Source of the DNA: Solirubrobacteraceae bacterium
GTDB taxonomy: Bacteria > Actinomycetota > Thermoleophilia > Solirubrobacterales > Solirubrobacteraceae
Assembly: GCA_035939185.1 (NCBI GenBank)
Contig: DASZGB010000005.1
Location: 182,713 to 246,712, forward strand
Direction: 5' to 3'
DNA length: 64,000 nt
Numbering within the stretch: position 1 is the first letter of the stretch; every line of letters starts with the position of its first letter. Under the pieces are notes generated by a model that saw only the letters and a list, made by a program, of their open reading frames with translations, did no database searches and had not been told where the DNA came from. Below are positions 55,566 to 64,000 of the stretch, piece after piece. A program made the position numbers and the translations under genes.

Positions 55566-57092
55566 CAGGCGCGCCTGCGTCAGCTCGGAGGGCACGAAGA
55601 AGCGCGTGAGCAAGAGCAGGCCCGGGATCCATGCGAGCCACACCACGCGCGCCGCCAGTCCGGCGATGCCTTGGGTCGGCAGCAGCAGCTCGCCGGAGAC
55701 GGCGACGCCGCCAAGGATCAGGATCAAGAGGCACAGGCGCCGCCCGTCGAAGGCGATCGGAAAGACGCGACGGGTGAGCAGGCGCAGGACGGCGAGCATT
55801 GCTATGTAGGCGCCGCACAGCGCGATGCCGGCGCCGGCGATGCCCAGACCGGCGCCGGAGGTGGGTACGAGCAGCAGCAGCAGGACGACGTTCGCCGCGA
55901 GCCCCACCAGCGCAGCGGGCAGGTTCAGGCGCGTGACGCGCGCGCGACCCGTGATCACGATCAGCACCTGGTAGAGGCCGTACAGTGTCCAGCCCAGCGC
56001 AAGCCAGGGCAGCGCGGCGTGCGCGCCGAAGTATTCGGGAGCGGCGAGCAGGCGCACGAGCCAGCGCCCGAGCAGGGCCACGGCACAGACGACGGTGCCG
56101 GTGGCGAGCACGAAGAAGGTCGTCACCAGCGAGTACAGGCGCGCGGCCATGCGGTCGCTCTTGACGGAGTACGCCAGCGGCGGCCAGGCGTACTGAAAGC
56201 CGCGCACGAACACGAACACGACGGTGGCGAGTTGCAGCGCGATCGAATACTGCCCGGCGGCGGCGTGGGAGTAGCCGCGGTAGAGGTACAGCCTGTCGGC
56301 GACCTGCAGCCCGTAGACGCTGGCGTCGGCGGGGATCGTGGGCAGGCCAAAGCCGAGCATCGCGCGCAGGTCGGCCAGCTTCGCGCGCAGCGACCGCAGC
56401 CGGGAGACACTCGCCTCCGACCGGAGCCGGGGGACACTCGCCTGCGGCTCGCATCCCCGGTCCGGCCAGCATCCCCGTTTCGACCAGCGTGCGCGCAGCA
56501 CCCACCACAGGCCGAGGACGACCACCGCGGAGGCGCCGAAGTTGCCGAGCAACAGGCCCCGCGCGCCCTCGCCGGCGAAGACGACGAGTACGATCGTGAA
56601 GGTGACAGTCATCGCGACGTTGGCCCCGGCGGCGCGCACGTAGACGCCGACGCGTTCGTCTACGCGCAACTGTGCGTAGGCCATCTCCAGGTTGGTGAAG
56701 GCCCACAGTCCGAGCACAGCGCAGTCGAGCAGTTCGACATTGGTGGCACCAAGCAGCAGACGCGAGAGCGGCGCGGCGAAAACCAGCGCCAGCAGCGCGG
56801 CGATCGTGGTGGTCCAGGCCACCGTGGCGGTCGCGCTGCGCGCGATGCGATCGCGGCGCGCCTGGTCCTCGTCCTCGAAGTAGAAGCGCACGAACGCCTC
56901 GCCGAGGCCCACACGCAGGAAGATGCTCGACAGGATCACGGCGGTGAGCAGCGAGTTGTAGGCGCCGTATTCGCCGCTTGAGACGTGGCGCGTATAGAGC
57001 GGCAAGGTGAAGACGGCGATCGCCTTCGCGGCGATATCCGCCGCCTGGTAGGCGGCTCCGGTGCGCAGCAGCCGCTTCAGGTAGGCGAGCAC
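55512..57092 (-). CDS. Oligosaccharide flippase (Wzx-like)
   Basis: ~12-14 TM helices; MLAYLKRLLRTGAAY, FGLPTIP, DRLYL. Confidence 0.85.
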   Translation of the reverse strand: MLAYLKRLLRTGAAYQAADIAAKAIAVFTLPLYTRHVSSGEYGAYNSLLTAVILSSIFLRVGLGEAFVRFYFEDEDQARRDRIARSATATVAWTTTIAALLALVFAAPLSRLLLGATNVELLDCAVLGLWAFTNLEMAYAQLRVDERVGVYVRAAGANVAMTVTFTIVLVVFAGEGARGLLLGNFGASAVVVLGLWWVLRARWSKRGCWPDRGCEPQASVPRLRSEASVSRLRSLRAKLADLRAMLGFGLPTIPADASVYGLQVADRLYLYRGYSHAAAGQYSIALQLATVVFVFVRGFQYAWPPLAYSVKSDRMAARLYSLVTTFFVLATGTVVCAVALLGRWLVRLLAAPEYFGAHAALPWLALGWTLYGLYQVLIVITGRARVTRLNLPAALVGLAANVVLLLLLVPTSGAGLGIAGAGIALCGAYIAMLAVLRLLTRRVFPIAFDGRRLCLLILILGGVAVSGELLLPTQGIAGLAARVVWLAWIPGLLLLTRFFVPSELTQARLLLAGGRRLVGSFRARGG

Positions 57093-57096
57093 TGGC

Positions 57097-58419
57097 TCAG
57101 GCGCCGGCCGCCACCGGTTCAGTGCCGGCAGAGCGAACGGGCAGACTCTCTGCCAGCGGAGCGCGCGCCAGAGCCACGCCGATGCCCAGCAGTGTCCACG
57201 TCATTGGGTCCTCAAGAAAGTCCGCGTAGGTCCAGGTGTGCAATACGAGCGCCGCGAAGCACGCCGCGAGCGCAATCCGCGGCGGCGAGCGCCCGGCGCC
57301 TGCGAACAGCACGATGAAGGCCACGACAAGCAGCGCCACATACAGCGCCAGCCCCACGATCCCCTGCTCGGCGGCAACCGTGATCGGGATCGTGTGCGAG
57401 GCCGAGGTCGCATTCACAGCCGTGGCCTTTTTGTGCAGCTCGTACTCGTGCGCGAAGGAGCCCGAGCCAAATCCCTGTAGCGGCCGGTCCGCCCACAGCG
57501 AAAGGCCGCCGGAGACCAGCTTTGCGCGTCCGCTGGTGGCGCTGTTCGCCGAGGACCCCGCGCCGCGCAGGCCGATGTGCAGGCTCGGCGGGGCCGCCAC
57601 CGCCACGACCGCCGCGAGCGCCACGGCGGCGAGCGCCACGTAGACGGTGGCGCGCACGTCCCAGCGCCACGCCGCGAGCACCGCCAACCCGAGCAGCAGC
57701 GCCGCGATGCTCGACTGCGAGAAGCTCGTCACCAGGCCGGCCAGCAGCCAGGCGAGCAGCGCCGCGCCCGCCCACACCTCGCGCCGCTCCCTGGCCCACA
57801 GCACGACGGTGCTCACCGCCAGCATCACCAGCGCCAGGAAGCGCCCGTAGATGCTGGGATCGAAGAACAGCGAGTTGACGCGGAAGTAGTTGTCGTACTC
57901 GTTCGCCGCCACCACTTTGGGGTTGAGCAGCAGCTGCTTTTGCCCATACTCGATGAAGCCGATGCCGGCAAACACGACGGCCTCCGCGACGGCGATCGCC
58001 AGGCATTGCAGCAGCAGCTCGCGTGTCCACTGCGTCTGGCGCAGCAGGATGTAGAGCAGCCCGAAGGGGATGTAGAAGAACGCAAGGTTCTCCAGGGCCT
58101 TGGTGAGGTCACTGGAGTAGGCAGCCTGCAGGGCATAGAGGACGACGGTGGCCAGCAGCAGCCAATCCAGGAGGATGGGCTTACCGAGGCGCCTGCGCAG
58201 GTTGGGTAGGTACGCCAGCGTCCCCGCGCCCACCACCAGATACAGCGGGATCAGCAGGTTCACGGTGCGCCCGTCGGCGGAGATGGGTAGCCGGAAGGGC
58301 AGCGCGGCGATCGCGAGCAGCGGGAACGCTCGCGGGTGCCGACGCATGCCCAAAGCCACCAGCACGAGCACCACGGCTGACGCCGGCACAGCGATGGCGA
58401 GCTTCTCCGTCGTGCTCAT
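57097..58419 (-). CDS. O-antigen ligase/polymerase family protein
   Basis: RVNSLFFDP, TSFSQS, RPLQGFG.G, SHT...AAEQGIVG. Confidence 0.85.
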   Translation of the reverse strand: MSTTEKLAIAVPASAVVLVLVALGMRRHPRAFPLLAIAALPFRLPISADGRTVNLLIPLYLVVGAGTLAYLPNLRRRLGKPILLDWLLLATVVLYALQAAYSSDLTKALENLAFFYIPFGLLYILLRQTQWTRELLLQCLAIAVAEAVVFAGIGFIEYGQKQLLLNPKVVAANEYDNYFRVNSLFFDPSIYGRFLALVMLAVSTVVLWARERREVWAGAALLAWLLAGLVTSFSQSSIAALLLGLAVLAAWRWDVRATVYVALAAVALAAVVAVAAPPSLHIGLRGAGSSANSATSGRAKLVSGGLSLWADRPLQGFGSGSFAHEYELHKKATAVNATSASHTIPITVAAEQGIVGLALYVALLVVAFIVLFAGAGRSPPRIALAACFAALVLHTWTYADFLEDPMTWTLLGIGVALARAPLAESLPVRSAGTEPVAAGA

Positions 58420-58889
58420 TGCAGCACGAAGGTCCTCGGCGATCGCACCGTGCGGTGCTGGACGCGCAAGCTCACGCGCACGCGGTATTCGCCAGCATCT
58501 GCCAGGCGACCACGATCCTTGGCCATGAGCGGGTTATGCGGTGTGCCTGTCCCTGTCGGCAGGCTGGTGGGGCCGCGGTGTCCATCCCACACCAGCGACA
58601 GCTGCGTGTAGCGCGCCAACGGGCGGTCTTGCACAAGCGTGGCCACGACGTTGCCGCTTGAATCTTCGATCGCAACCGTGACATCGTCGCTGTGGGCGAT
58701 GCGGAATGAGATGTGCTCAAGCGCATGACGCCCCGGCACGCGCGGCGAGAAATGGCCTGTCATGTGGAAGTTCTGCACGACCGTCGGAGTGTGCTTGAGG
58801 TGCTGGGTGATCGCAAAGGCCGCAAAGCTCGCCAGCACGAGCGCGGCAAAGACCACGCCGGCGAGCCGACTTACGCCGGTGTCGCTCAA
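58416..58889 (-). CDS. Membrane-anchored FlgD-like Ig-domain protein
   Basis: TM then ISFRI...VTVAIEDSSG.VVATL...WDG...GEYRVRV. Confidence 0.7.
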   Translation of the reverse strand: MSDTGVSRLAGVVFAALVLASFAAFAITQHLKHTPTVVQNFHMTGHFSPRVPGRHALEHISFRIAHSDDVTVAIEDSSGNVVATLVQDRPLARYTQLSLVWDGHRGPTSLPTGTGTPHNPLMAKDRGRLADAGEYRVRVSLRVQHRTVRSPRTFVLQ

Positions 58890-59689
58890 TCCCGGCCGTC
58901 CAGCGCGAAGCGCCCGACGGTCTCCGAGCGCAGGCCGAGGCGCAGCGTCTCAAGCGAGAGGACTTCGTCGGGCGCGATGTTGCCGAGGTTGCAGTTGGAG
59001 CCGAAGAAGCTCAACAGCCACGCCTGCTGGTCGCGGCGGGGGGCCTCGAAGATCATGCGCTCGGGATCGATAGCGTGAGCGATCTCATCGATCAGACCGC
59101 TGCGCACCTCGCCGTCGGCGCGGAAGATGCCAGCGGTGCCGGACTCGCGCGCCTCGGCGATCACCTTCCACGCGCCCGCCTGCAGATCCCCCTGGATACG
59201 TTCGATCCAGACGTAGGGAGCCATGATCGCCTGCGCGTCCTTGCTGCCCACCTCAGCGAGCACCGTGAATTCGTCGGCGAGACGCGCGATCAGCTCGTGC
59301 TTGACGTCCTGCTCGAGCTCGATCGTGCCATCGGAGACCTCGACATAGCGCAGCCCCAGCTCGTGCAGCCAGCGCACGAGGCCCTGCACCTTGCCCTGGC
59401 GGATGGCGACCTCGGTGAGGGTGCCGCCGAGCACCACAGGCACGCCGTGGGCGGCGTAGCGCTCGAGCTTGGGCGCGAGGTTGCCGGTCACTACGGCGGT
59501 GCCCCAGCCGAGCTTGACGATGTCCACAAGCGCGCCGGCGGTCTCCATCAGACCCTCCACTGCCGCCACCGAGAGCCCGCGGTCGATCACGTGGGTCAGT
59601 CCCCGCTCGCGCGGCTTGACCGTGCGCTCGGGGATGTCCAGGAAGGTCTCTATGGGAGGGTCAGTGGCCCGTGCCACCGGCTGCTTCAC
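58886..59689 (-). CDS. comA: Phosphosulfolactate synthase (ComA) family
   Basis: KPRERGLTHVID.G, DIVKLGWGT, GGTL, VEVSDG, AEVGSK, EARESG, FEAP, NLGNI, ETLRLGLR. Confidence 0.92.
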   Translation of the reverse strand: MKQPVARATDPPIETFLDIPERTVKPRERGLTHVIDRGLSVAAVEGLMETAGALVDIVKLGWGTAVVTGNLAPKLERYAAHGVPVVLGGTLTEVAIRQGKVQGLVRWLHELGLRYVEVSDGTIELEQDVKHELIARLADEFTVLAEVGSKDAQAIMAPYVWIERIQGDLQAGAWKVIAEARESGTAGIFRADGEVRSGLIDEIAHAIDPERMIFEAPRRDQQAWLLSFFGSNCNLGNIAPDEVLSLETLRLGLRSETVGRFALDGRD

Positions 59690-61166
59690 CCGGGGTTCCG
59701 CTGGCTTCCGAGCCCGCCGCGCCTGCGCCGCCGGCGCTTTCCGCGGCGCCCGTACCCGACGTGCCTGTGCCCGATCCCGTTTCAGTGCTCGATCCTGTGC
59801 CCGCGCTCGATCCCGTGCCGGTGCTCGCGAGGTCGCTGCCGGCGATCACCACCACGGTGGCCGAGCCGCCAGCCATCGCAGCGATCGCGGACTCAAGCGG
59901 CTTGGTCTGCGAGACGCCAAGCGTCTGCGCCACATGGCGGGCATCGGTGCGGTGGCCGGATGCGTACTCGACAACCGTCGTGGAATACCCGGAGGGGTGG
60001 CCGCCCAGCGCGGTGGCCAGCGTGTAGCCGCTCTGCTGGAGGTTGCCCGAGAGCCGGTGCGCGAGCCCGCCCGTTTCGGTGCCGTTGAGCACCACGACGT
60101 GAGTTTCAGAGGGGTTGCTGGCGGGGAGTGAGGTTTCGCTGTGATGCGTTCCCGTGTGAGTGTTTTCGCCGCTCGCCGAGGACAGCGTCGATGGAGACGT
60201 GCTCGTAGAGGCGCTTTTGTTCGAACTGCCGCCACCGGCAGTCAACAGCACGATCAGCGCCACCACCGCCACAATCGCAGCACCCAGGATCAGCAGCCGG
60301 CCGCGGCCGCGTGCGCGTTCCTCGCGCAGGAACGGCGGCCCCGGCGGCGGACCGCCGCGGCGGCGCACAGGACGGCGAGAGGGCTGCGCGCGACCAACGG
60401 ACGGGCGAGCGCCGGAGAGCGGAGGCGCGCTGCGGCGCGTTGGCGGCGCAGCCGGGGGGCTGGCAGGAGCCGCGCGCCGCACCGGCGGGGGGGGCGGGCT
60501 GGGGGCGCGTGGAGCAGATACCGCCGCGCGCGTGGCCATAGGCGCCGGTGCAGATGCGGTCAGGGAAGAGACCTCAGCCGCAACGGCCGCCAGCGCCGGG
60601 ACCTCCTCGTCGGCGTCGGGGCGGGGCTCAGCGTCTGGGCTGGACTCAGCATCCAGCGCAGAGGCCTGAGCAGATGGCGTCGCCACGCCTATCACCGGCT
60701 CTGCGCCCGCGGTCAAATCCGCCACGAGGGGCTCAGGGACAGCGGGGCTCTGCGGCGCCTGCGTCTCCTCGGCAGCCACCGTCGCGTTGCCGGCAACGAT
60801 TGCAGGGGCGGCGGGGAGCAGCTTGACTGCGGGGGCGCGCTTCACCACGGGCTCGACGTCGGCCGCAGGCGCCTGCGCGACCAGGCGCGTGGCAGGCGCT
60901 ACGGCATTCGCCGCCTTGGCCGGCTGCGCCACCTGCGCAGTGGCTCGCTGGATGCGCAGCGAGAGCGCGGAGGTGAGACGGTGCTCGAGCTCGGCGATGC
61001 GCTGGGGCTCCTCCTCGGACCATTCACGCAGACGCTTGAGCTCGCGGGCCTGGGCGAAGAAGAGCATCGCGAGCAGCGCGATGCCGACGACCGCAGCGAA
61101 GGCCACGATCGCACCGATCTTGGTGAAGGAGTTGGAGAGGGAGAGCGCCAGCAGGATCGGCTTCAT
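59661..61166 (-). CDS. LytR C-terminal-domain membrane protein
   Basis: Two TM segments, Pro/Ala-rich linker, VVVLNGTETGGLA...VVVIAGSD. Confidence 0.8.
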   Translation of the reverse strand: MKPILLALSLSNSFTKIGAIVAFAAVVGIALLAMLFFAQARELKRLREWSEEEPQRIAELEHRLTSALSLRIQRATAQVAQPAKAANAVAPATRLVAQAPAADVEPVVKRAPAVKLLPAAPAIVAGNATVAAEETQAPQSPAVPEPLVADLTAGAEPVIGVATPSAQASALDAESSPDAEPRPDADEEVPALAAVAAEVSSLTASAPAPMATRAAVSAPRAPSPPPPPVRRAAPASPPAAPPTRRSAPPLSGARPSVGRAQPSRRPVRRRGGPPPGPPFLREERARGRGRLLILGAAIVAVVALIVLLTAGGGSSNKSASTSTSPSTLSSASGENTHTGTHHSETSLPASNPSETHVVVLNGTETGGLAHRLSGNLQQSGYTLATALGGHPSGYSTTVVEYASGHRTDARHVAQTLGVSQTKPLESAIAAMAGGSATVVVIAGSDLASTGTGSSAGTGSSTETGSGTGTSGTGAAESAGGAGAAGSEASGTPGEAAGGTGH

Positions 61167-63238
61167 GAGCTCTGTGAGTGTATGAGGGGCACAGGCGCAT
61201 CGGCGCCACCGGTAAGCGACTCCTCGCCGGCGTGCTCGGCGGTGCCCGTTTGCGGGACGCTGCGCACAGCCGAGAGCTCGGATACCTTCGCGGCCAGCCC
61301 CGCGGCATCGCCTTCGAGCACGAGCAGGTTTATCTCCTCGAACATGGCCTCCACGGTGGCGGCGTCGAGCGGCTGGCGCTCGGCCAGGAGGATCTTCTCG
61401 GCGGCGGTGGCACAGCGGCGCTCGTAGCTGTTGAAGAGCTCCTCCTGGAGCTTCTCCCCCGTGCGCCGGCCGACGAGCTCGATGTCGATGTCGCGCCCGG
61501 GCTCAAGGCCCGAGAGCTCGATCATCGCGCGGGCGAGATCGATGATGCGCACGGGCTCGCCCATATCGAGCACGAATACCTCCGAGCCTGCGGGGGGCTC
61601 GGAGGATCCGGGCGTGCCGAGCCGCCGGAAGGGATCCAGCGTGGGATCCAGGCCCCCCGCCAGCGAGCCGGCGCGGATGATCAGCTGGACGGCCTCGGGG
61701 ATCGTCATGAAGTAGCGGGTCATGCGCTCGTCGGTCACCGTCACAGGGCCGCCGCGGGCGATCTGGCGGCGGAAGATCGGCACGACGCTGCCGGAGCTGC
61801 CGAGGACGTTGCCGAAGCGTACGGCCGAGTAGAGCGTGGCGGGAAAGCGTGCAGTGGCTGCCTCCAGCGCGAACTCGGCCAGCGCCTTAGAGGCGCCCAT
61901 GACGGTCGCCGGCGCCACCGCCTTGTCGGTGGAGACCAGCACGAAGCGCCCCACGCCGCGCTCGCCGGCAACGTGCGCGACGACGCGGGTGGCGATGGCG
62001 TTGTTGCGCACCGCCTCCACCGGGTTGGCCTCCATCAAGCCGACGTGCTTGTAGGCGGCGGCATGGAAGACGATCGCGGGGGCGTACTCGGCGAAGACCT
62101 CGCGCATGCGCTCGCCCTCCTTGCAGTCCGCCAGTACGGCGCGCAATAAGGAGGGCGGCACGTGGCGCTCATCGAGCAGCTCGCGGTGGATTTCGAAGAG
62201 GTTGTCCTCGGCGTGATCGAGCAGCACGAGTTGGGCCGGTCCGAACCGGGCGATCTGGCGGCAGAGCTCGGCGCCGATCGAGCCGCCGGCGCCAGTGACG
62301 AGCACTACCGCCCCCTGCAGGTAGGCGCCGACGCTGTCGAGCTCCATCTGCACGGGCTCGCGGCCGAGGACGTCCTCGACCTGCACCTCGCGGACCTGGC
62401 GCGCCAGCGCCCCATCCACGCCGTTCTGCAAGAGCTCGAAGACCGTCGGCAGCGTGCGCACGGGAATGCCCCGCGTACGGCACTCGCGCACGACGCGCGC
62501 GCGCATCGACCCCGGCGCGGAGGGGATCGCGATGATTACCTCATCCGGCTCGGCCTCCTCGAGGATGCGCGGCAGATCGCCCGTCGTATCGCCGCGCACG
62601 CTGAGGCCATCGATGCGCAAGCCGCGCTTGCGGGGATCGTCGTCAAGGAACCCCACGGGCACCAGCCTGAGCTCGCGGTTGCGGAGGATCTCGCGCAGCA
62701 CCAGGCGCCCACCGTCGCCGGCGCCCACGATCAGCACGCCACGCTCGCCCTCGCGCACGCCGCGGAAAGCCGCCAGCGGGCGTCCCTCGTGGATGGAGCG
62801 GGCCACGACCCGCACGCCCACGAGCAGCACGAGCGCGAGCAGGAAGAACATCGCCACGACCCCGTTGGGCAGCTCGACCGCCACCAGCGCCTTGCCGTGG
62901 GGAACCTGCACTGGTCGGATCACAGCGACGGCGACCACCGCGAGCAGCACGATCGCCACGACGCCGCGCACGATCGCCCAGTAATCGCGCTGGCCCGAGT
63001 AGCTCCAGCTGCGCTGATATGAGCGCGCGAGCGTAAGCACCACTACGCCGCCCGCCACGACCCACCAGATCGTGCGTTCGCGCAGGTGCAGATAGCGGCC
63101 GTGGGGGCCGTTGTCGAAGCGCAGCTGGAAAGCCAGCCAGTAGGCGAGCGCGACCAGCGCCCCGTCCACAGCCAGCTGAGGGAGCGAGTGGCGGTGCAAG
63201 AGGGGAGTGGCCACGGAACGGATCCTGCGGCGCATCAA
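61163..63238 (-). CDS. Nucleoside-diphosphate-sugar 4,6-dehydratase (CapD/PglF/WbpM-like)
   Basis: N-terminal TMs, IVGAGDGG, VTGAGGSIG, FHAAAYKHV, STDKAV, MGASK, RFGNVLGS, MTRYFMTIPEA. Confidence 0.93.
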   Translation of the reverse strand: MMRRRIRSVATPLLHRHSLPQLAVDGALVALAYWLAFQLRFDNGPHGRYLHLRERTIWWVVAGGVVVLTLARSYQRSWSYSGQRDYWAIVRGVVAIVLLAVVAVAVIRPVQVPHGKALVAVELPNGVVAMFFLLALVLLVGVRVVARSIHEGRPLAAFRGVREGERGVLIVGAGDGGRLVLREILRNRELRLVPVGFLDDDPRKRGLRIDGLSVRGDTTGDLPRILEEAEPDEVIIAIPSAPGSMRARVVRECRTRGIPVRTLPTVFELLQNGVDGALARQVREVQVEDVLGREPVQMELDSVGAYLQGAVVLVTGAGGSIGAELCRQIARFGPAQLVLLDHAEDNLFEIHRELLDERHVPPSLLRAVLADCKEGERMREVFAEYAPAIVFHAAAYKHVGLMEANPVEAVRNNAIATRVVAHVAGERGVGRFVLVSTDKAVAPATVMGASKALAEFALEAATARFPATLYSAVRFGNVLGSSGSVVPIFRRQIARGGPVTVTDERMTRYFMTIPEAVQLIIRAGSLAGGLDPTLDPFRRLGTPGSSEPPAGSEVFVLDMGEPVRIIDLARAMIELSGLEPGRDIDIELVGRRTGEKLQEELFNSYERRCATAAEKILLAERQPLDAATVEAMFEEINLLVLEGDAAGLAAKVSELSAVRSVPQTGTAEHAGEESLTGGADAPVPLIHSQSS

Positions 63239-64000
63239 CGGGATTGTAAGGGGGAGAGCAGCAAGTTCACCAGCAGCCGTGGGTCGCGTTTGATCCTGGA
63301 CTCGCCCGGTCCGCCGCTAACGCGGGATCGCTTGGCCAAATCGAGCTCCGCGGGGTCGCGTAGGCGGCGCAGGCGATGCTCCTGGATCAGGCGTTCGTCA
63401 ACCGCTCCAAGGCGGCCCTCGAAGGTCGTGTAGACGGGCGTGCCCAGCGCCACCGCCTCGCGGTTCATGGTGCCTCCGGCGGAGATCACGAGGTCGGCGT
63501 ACACGATCAACGACTGCGCATCGATTGCCCGCTCGGGCACGACGAAGCCGGGCACGCCCGCGAGCTCCGCGCGCTGCGCGGCGGTGCGGGGCAGCACGAC
63601 GGACTGCACGCCTTCCTGCGCAGCCGCCATCCGCAGGCGCGCTAGGACCTGCGCGAAGAGATCGTTCTCGAAGCGGTGATAGAGAGACACTTCGGGCGGC
63701 GTCCTCACGACGACGATCGGCCTCCGCGGGTCGAGCGCCAGTTCCGCCAGCACCGCGGCGTCCGGCTCGAAGTCGGCCAGGTAGTACTCCTCCTTGAGGC
63801 CCTCGTAGGCGCGCACCTTGCCCTTGGCGCCGTAGCGGTCCAGGCGCTCGGGGGGGATCGCGGTGGGCACCACCACCGCCTTCGCCAGGCGGCAATTGAC
63901 GTTGTGCTGCACGGTCGCCCACTCGTAGTCGAACATCGTGGCGCTGGGGATGCGCAGGGCGAAGGCGGCCACGGTGATGTCGTTGGAGCCGTGGCCAAGT
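63235..64000 (-). CDS. DUF354-family (GT-B-like) protein, 5'-partial
   Basis: GHGSND, FDYE, GLKEEYYL, VVRTPP, ISAGGTMNREAVALGTP. Confidence 0.85.
   Translation of the reverse strand, partial: LGHGSNDITVAAFALRIPSATMFDYEWATVQHNVNCRLAKAVVVPTAIPPERLDRYGAKGKVRAYEGLKEEYYLADFEPDAAVLAELALDPRRPIVVVRTPPEVSLYHRFENDLFAQVLARLRMAAAQEGVQSVVLPRTAAQRAELAGVPGFVVPERAIDAQSLIVYADLVISAGGTMNREAVALGTPVYTTFEGRLGAVDERLIQEHRLRRLRDPAELDLAKRSRVSGGPGESRIKRDPRLLVNLLLSPLQSR

Noticed and set aside
55671-56981. 436-aa plus-strand ORF (also 60141-61427)
   Set aside because: Antisense shadows of the flippase and LytR-C genes.

Overview
High-GC actinobacterial DNA; gene content resembles Thermoleophilia/Solirubrobacterales (inference). 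Three zones. (1) 1-19051 is the right-hand part of an integrative conjugative element/genomic island that ends at the 3' end of tRNA-Ala(TGC). It carries a Gram-positive-type conjugation operon (VirD4-like, lytic transglycosylase+CHAP, VirB6-like, frameshifted VirB4, TcpE-like, pilin-like) and ArsR, AraC and XRE regulators. It also holds two paralogous unknown genes, each behind a duplicated structured ~145-bp leader, an aquaporin fragment and a dead IS982-family element. Among these decayed genes sits an intact three-gene operon: SF1 helicase + DarT-like ADP-ribosyltransferase + ADP-ribosylglycohydrolase, bracketed by a 47-bp direct repeat. This is the best candidate for an undescribed defence/TA system. 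(2) 19052-49600 holds two tRNA-Ala genes, housekeeping and lipid genes, a ~17-19 kb catabolic cluster (ABC transporter, HyuA/B, two M24 enzymes, class-III aminotransferase, E1 alpha/beta without E2/E3, SDRs, amidase) and a lone Schlafen/AlbA_2-HATPase gene. (3) 49575-64000 is a cell-surface polysaccharide locus interrupted by a VapBC pair. No CRISPR array or rRNA was seen. All family calls come from motif recognition by eye; no database search was run.
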